Shown here piece by piece: positions 54,682-64,000 of a stretch of 64,000 nucleotides of DNA; the first letter of the stretch is position 1, and every line of letters starts with the position of its first letter. The notes under the pieces are model-generated. The model did no database searches. It was not told the origin of the DNA and worked only from the letters and a program-made list of their open reading frames with translations. The stretch lies in NCBI RefSeq assembly GCF_009914755.1, contig NC_060925.1. One strand, given 5' to 3'. Source of the DNA: the human T2T-CHM13v2.0 reference genome, Homo sapiens. Position numbers and translations under genes: made by a program.

Positions 54682-55264
54682 TGCCCAGGCTTGCTTAGGT
54701 AAACAAAGCAGCCGGGAAGCTCGAACTGGATGGAGCCCACCACAGCTCAAGGAGGCCCGCCTGCCTCTGTAGGCTCCAACTCTGGGGGCAGGGAACAGAC
54801 AAACAAAAAGACAGCAGTAACCTCTGCAGACTTATATGTCCCTGTCTGACAGCTTTGAAGAGAGCAGTGGTTCTCCCAGCACACAGCTGGAGATCTGAGA
54901 ACAGGCAGACTGCCTCCTCAAGTGGGTCTCTGACCCCTGACCCCTGAGCAGCCTAACTGGGAGGCACCCCCTAGTAGGGGCAGACTGACACCTCACAAGG
55001 CCGGGTACTCCTCTGAGACAAAACTTCCAGAGGAACGATCAGACAGCAGCATTCCCAGTTCACGAAAATCCGCTGTTCTGCTGCCACCACTGCTGATACC
55101 CAGGCAAACAGGGTCTGGAGCGGACCTCTAGCAAACTCCAACAGACCTGCAGCTGAGGGTCCTGTCTGTTAGAAGGAAAACTAACAAACAGAAAGGACAT
55201 CCACACCAAAAGCCCATCTGTACATCACCATCATCAAAGACCAAAAGTAGATAAAACCACAAAG

Positions 55265-56273
55265 ATGGGGAAAAAACAGAGCAGAAAACCTGGAATTTCT
55301 AAAAAGCAGAGTGCCTCTCCTCCTCCAAAGGAACGCAGTTCCTCACCAGCAATGGAATAGAGCTGGACGGAGAATGATTTTGACGAGTTGACAGAAGAAG
55401 GCTTCAGATGATCAAACTACTCCGAGCTACAAGAGGAAATTCAAACCAAAGGCAAAGAAGTTAAAAACTTTGAAAAAAATTTAGATGAATGTATAACTAG
55501 AATCACCAATACAGAGAAGTGCTTAAAGGAGCTGATGGAGCTGAAAGCCAAGGCTCGAGAACTACGTGAAGAATGCAGAAGCCTCAGGAGCCAATGCGAT
55601 CAACTGGAAGAAAGGGTATCAGTGATGGAAGATCAAATGAATGAAATGAAGCAAGAAGAGAAGTTTAGAGAAAAAAGAATAAAAAGAAATGAACAAAGCA
55701 TCCAAGAAATATGGGACTATGTGAAAAGACCAAATCTACGTCTGATTGGTGTACCTGAAAGTGACGGGGAGAATGGAACCAAGTTGGAAAACACTCTGCA
55801 GGATATTATCCAGGAGAACTTCCCCAATCTAGCAAGGGAGGCCAACATTCAGATTCAGGAAATCAAGAGAACACCACAAAGATACTCCTCGAGAAGAGCA
55901 ACTCCAAGACACATAATTGTCAGATTCACCAAAGTTGAAATGATGGAAAAAATGTTAAGGGCAGCCAGAGAGAAAGCTCAGGTTACCCACAAAGGGAAGC
56001 CCATCAGACTAACAGCGGATCTCTCGGCAGAAACTCTACAAGCCAGAAGAGAGTGGGGGCCAATATTCAACATTCTTAAAGAAAAGAATTCTCAATCCAG
56101 AATTTCATATCCAGCCAAACTAAGCTTCATAAGTGAAGGAGAAATTTACAGACAATCAAATGCTGAGAGATTTTGTCACCACCAGGACTGCCCTAAAAGA
56201 GCTCCTGAAGGAAGCGCTAAACATGGAAAGGAACAACCACTACGAGCTGCTGCAAAATCATGCCAAAATGTAA
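55265..56273 (+). pseudogene. L1 ORF1, disrupted
   Basis: ATG at 55265 (MGKKQSRK); TAG at 55358; further stop near 55408; frameshift near 56145. Confidence 0.9.
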
Positions 56274-56321
56274 AGACCATCGAGACTAGGAAGAAACCAC
56301 ATCAACTAACGAGCAAAATAA

Positions 56322-60165
<3,844 letters not shown>

Positions 60166-60450
60166 ACAATGAGAACGCATGGACACAGGAAGGGGAACAT
60201 CACACTCTGGGGACTGTTGTGGGGTGGGGGGAGGGGGGAGGGATGGCATTAGGAGATATACCTAATGCTAGATGACGAGTTGATGGGTGCAGCACACCAG
60301 CATGGCATGTGTATACATATGTAACTAACCTGCACATTGTGCACATGTACCCTAAAACTTAAAGTATAATAATAATAATAAAAGAAAAAAGAAAAAATAA
60401 TAAAAAGTAAAAAATAAATAGGTCAGGAATTGGTGAAAAAAAAAAAAGAA

Positions 60451-61610
60451 CAGGGAACCAAAGCAAAACTGGACAAATGGGATCACATCGAGTTAAAAAG
60501 CTTCTGCACAGCAAAGTAAACAATCAACAAAGTGAAGAGCCAACTCAATGGGACAAAATATTTGCAAAGTATGCATCTGACAAGGGATTAATAAGCAGAA
60601 TATATAAGGAGCTCAAACAACTCTGCTGGAAAAAATCCAATAATCTGATTTCAAAATGGGCAAAAGATCTAAATAGACCTTTCTCAAAATAAGATATACA
60701 AATGACAAACAGGCATATGAAAAGGTGCTCAACACCACTAATCATCAGAGAAATATAAATCAAAACTACAATGAGAGATAATGTCACCCAAGTTAAAATC
60801 GCTTTTATCCAAATGACAAGCAATAATGAATGCTGGTGAGAATGTGGAGTTGGTCAGAGTATAAATTAGTACAACTGCTACAAAGAACAGTTTGGAGGTT
60901 CCTCAAAAAACTAAAAATAGAGCTACCATATGATCCAGCAATCCCACTGCTGAGTATATACCCAAAAGAAAGAAAATAAGTATATTGAGGTGAGAGCTGC
61001 ATTCTCTTATTTATTGCAGCACTATTTACAATAGCCAAGATTTGGAAGCTACCTCAGTGTCCATCAACAGACAAATGGATAAAGAAAATGTGGTACATAC
61101 ACACAATGGAGTACTGTTAAACCATAAAAGAATGTGATTCTGTTATTTGCAACAACATGGATAAAACTGGAAGTCATTAGGTTAAGTGAAATAAGCCAGG
61201 GAGAAAAAGACAAACATTGTCTTTTCTAACTTACGTGTGGGAGCTAAAAATTAAAATAATTGAACTCATGGAGATAGAGAGTAGAACAATGGTTACTAGA
61301 GGCTGAGAAGGGTAGTGTGGGGGTGTAGGGGTGGAGGGTGGATGGTTAATGGGTACAAAAATATAGTTAGAGGGAATAAATAATATCTAGTATTTGATAG
61401 CACAACAGGGTACAATAATTTGTTGTACATTTTACAATAACTAAAAGAGTATAATTGGATTATTTGTAACACAAAGGATAAATGATTGAGGTGACAGATA
61501 CCCCATTTATCCTGATGTGATTATTATGCATTGTATGCCTATATAAAAATATCTCATGTATCCCATAAATACATATACCTACTATGTACCTACAATTTTA
61601 AATTTTTTAA
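60451..61610 (+). mobile_element. L1MA2/3-type ORF2 C-terminus and 3'UTR (3' half of the element starting at 51862)
   Basis: aaccaaagcaaaactggacaaatgggatcac..acatatacctactatgtacctacaa, followed by the TSD. Confidence 0.9.
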
Positions 61611-61801
61611 AAAAGAATACTTTCTGGAGGGTTAATGCATGGATCCACCATCTCACAGCCGCCTGAGACATTCTTTCTTCTTGTAAGTCCCTATTAAATA
61701 TTTGTTTCTCTCTGAAAAAACAGATTTGTCCACCATTTTCTGTATTCTTCAGCTCCCTCACCTTTGGAAGTATGTTTGCATAGACCCTTCACCGCAGAAC
61801 A
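61611..61801 (+). mobile_element. LTR47-like 3' LTR, 3' half
   Basis: aaaagaatactttctggag..tttgcatagacccttcaccgcagaaca, colinear with 51183-51371. Confidence 0.85.
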
Positions 61802-62224
61802 GTCATTGCATAAAATCTAATATAGACTAATAAAAAAATAGATTTATAAAGGGCCCTGGGTCTAGCTCAATCCAGTTCCTGACCTCTATATTCTTCCCCA
61901 CCCAGAATCACTGGATCTGTATCCAGGTTCACACCAGCCAGCTCAGTCCCTAGGCCTAGCTTGAGACTGCCCCATCCCCACATCATCTCAGAGCTCCACG
62001 TGGCGACCTTCATTCTTAATCCGACCCTGGCTCCAGGCCCCACTTCTGATAAGTGGGACTTCGCTGCATCACCAAGCTTTGGCATCTACCTCTGTGGCTT
62101 GCCTAAATATCCACCCCAGTACACGCATCCAGTTGCAGCTCCCTTTTAGCAGTGTACTGATGAGTCCTAGCCCCTCCTATGAGCCTATTATCATGGAAAT
62201 AGCTGATATGCTCTTCTGAATCCC

Positions 62225-62430
62225 AATAATAAAGAGTAAACATGTATCAGTATCTTATTAAGTTCCAGTCACTGTGTGAAGTATTGTATTATTTCAGTTT
62301 GTTCTTACAACAACCCTATGAAGTACATATTATTGCCTTTTACAAATGAGGAAATCGAGACACATACAGGTTATATAATTTTCCCAATATTAATTGCTTA
62401 TGACTAGTAGAGACAAGACTTGAATAAGCT
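62225..62430 (-). mobile_element. MIR
   Basis: tcttacaacaaccctatgaagta..tttacaaatgaggaaatcgagacaca. Confidence 0.75.
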
Positions 62431-62889
62431 ATGTTGTGGTTTTTAGTACAACTGCTAATTTAATGCATACACATTCTCCAGGGGGAAAAAGAATTAAACT
62501 AATTCAAGAAATGCCATTGAAAAACTTAAACCATGTATGCAGGAAGGCTAAATGCCCTTTAGAAAAAGGAAAGACATGTAACAACAAATGGCTTTACGTC
62601 TGTTGATACACAGGTGAGAAGAGCTGGAAAGAGATATAAAAAGCTTAAGTTGAATATGCAGACTTGGCAACTGGACAGTATTTGATGAGAGACACAAGAG
62701 AAAAAGACTGGCTTCTGAGGAAGCACCTTTGATTGGCAAAACCCTAAAGAGGGAAGGAGCCTGAAGTCAGTCCTACTTGAACAAGAGCTGGACCTGCTCC
62801 AGAGAGCTGCGGGAAGCTGTTGGATCTGTACCCCGGGCACTTTAGCTGTCTATCCAGGAAGGTTTTTCACTACCTCATGAGAAAATAAA

Positions 62890-63115
62890 GTGTAGTGTAG
62901 CTGAGTTTGGAGTCCAGTCGAATTAGGGTCCACAGAATCCCGGCTCAATCGTTTACTTTGAGATCAATGATTTTTTATCTGTCTCACCTTCCTCAATTAT
63001 AAAATGAGGATATTAGTACTTATTATCTAAGATTATGATGAAGATGAAAAATAGTTATGTAACTAATCACCACAGTGCCTAGACCAGCATAAATGCTTAG
63101 CAAATACTTAACAAT
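62890..63115 (+). mobile_element. MIR
   Basis: tttggagtccagtc..cttcctcaattataaaatgaggatattagtac..cacagtgcctagac. Confidence 0.7.
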
Positions 63116-63173
63116 CATAACCATTGTGATTTGTGAGGGGAAAAGTGGAAAGACGATCATGATGCCAAGAAAA

Positions 63174-63292
63174 AGACTGTGAGCTCTCTATAGGTAGTCT
63201 ATTTTTTTTTAACTGTCATATTTCCAGCTCCTGGCAAAGTTCCTGGCACATAGCAGGCAATCAACAATATCTGAAAGCAAGGAATGAATGAA
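63174..63292 (+). mobile_element. L2 3' end
   Basis: agactgtgagctc..cctggcacatagcaggcaatcaacaatat..gaatgaatgaa. Confidence 0.75.
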
Positions 63293-64000
63293 CTCTAGTG
63301 ACTTCATCTCAATGGCCCAGTACACAGCTACTTGCAGAAAAGAAGGAAGGCAGCATACCCAAAGTTCTGTCCTTCTCTGTGTCTCATGAGGTTTCCAGGT
63401 CCTGCAGGTTCTGAGGCAGGATCCAGGGCTGCTGCCACACTGGGTTGTTGTAGGATGTTCTAATACTTTTCTTCAGCATATAGGATTCATTCAAAGTAAG
63501 ACATGTCACACCTACATCACTTCATAACTCTTATGTGTTTAATGAGTGTTTTTTAAGGCTCTACTTTTACCCTGGAGGTGGAATGGGTCAAGAAAAGGAT
63601 AAACCAATCATTCCAAAGCCTAGATCCCTCAATTTCCTGACTAACCTCCTTGTCTGTATTCGAGTAGTGGCAAAAGGATGGTAAAGGGAATTATTGAATA
63701 CAGACAGAAGATATTCTAGAGTGGCAAAAATGTGACATCCTTACCTTGAAGAAGAATTGAAAGCTGGTGGAAGCAATGTAAGGAGTTCCAGGAATAGGCA
63801 GGGTAGGTGAAAGGAAAGTTAGTATAGAATGAAATCATACAAGAAAAATGTGGTAGTCATATCGTAAAAATCGTTCCCCATATTCTGAGAGACTGGCTAT
63901 GCTTGCTCCACTTTGAGAATGAAATAAAATACATCATAACAGGCCAGAGATTTTGAACCTTGTGATCCCTTCATAAACAGAGAACAAAGAATTATTTATA

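Noticed and set aside
60221-60243. G-quadruplex motif
   Set aside because: Standard G-rich tract of the L1PA 3'UTR.

Overview
Primate (human/ape-like) non-genic or intronic DNA made mostly of interspersed repeats. I find no supportable host protein-coding gene, RNA gene or CRISPR array. Every long ORF belongs to a decayed retroelement: HERV-L gag/pol, L1 ORF1/ORF2/ORF0, or Tigger1 transposase. Main content: (1) a 3'-truncated HERV-L provirus with an MLT2A LTR, carrying a MER11 solo LTR and fused to a truncated MER52; (2) an old L1MA with an apparent twin-priming 5' inversion and two Alus at one site; (3) a full-length Tigger1; (4) a full-length L1PA13-15-type element; (5) a complete THE1 provirus; (6) a four-level nest at 50.9-61.8 kb: a miniature two-LTR LTR47-type provirus keeping only an env-tail-like remnant and PPT > L1MA with clear TSD > THE1 > full-length L1PA3-type element with a probable 3' transduction and about 6 kb of associated deletion. 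Family names come from my recall of consensus sequences, not from a database search, so subfamily calls are approximate. I see no convincing new biological system. The best leads are the miniature LTR47 element, two local templated insertions and CTCF-like motifs in unique DNA.
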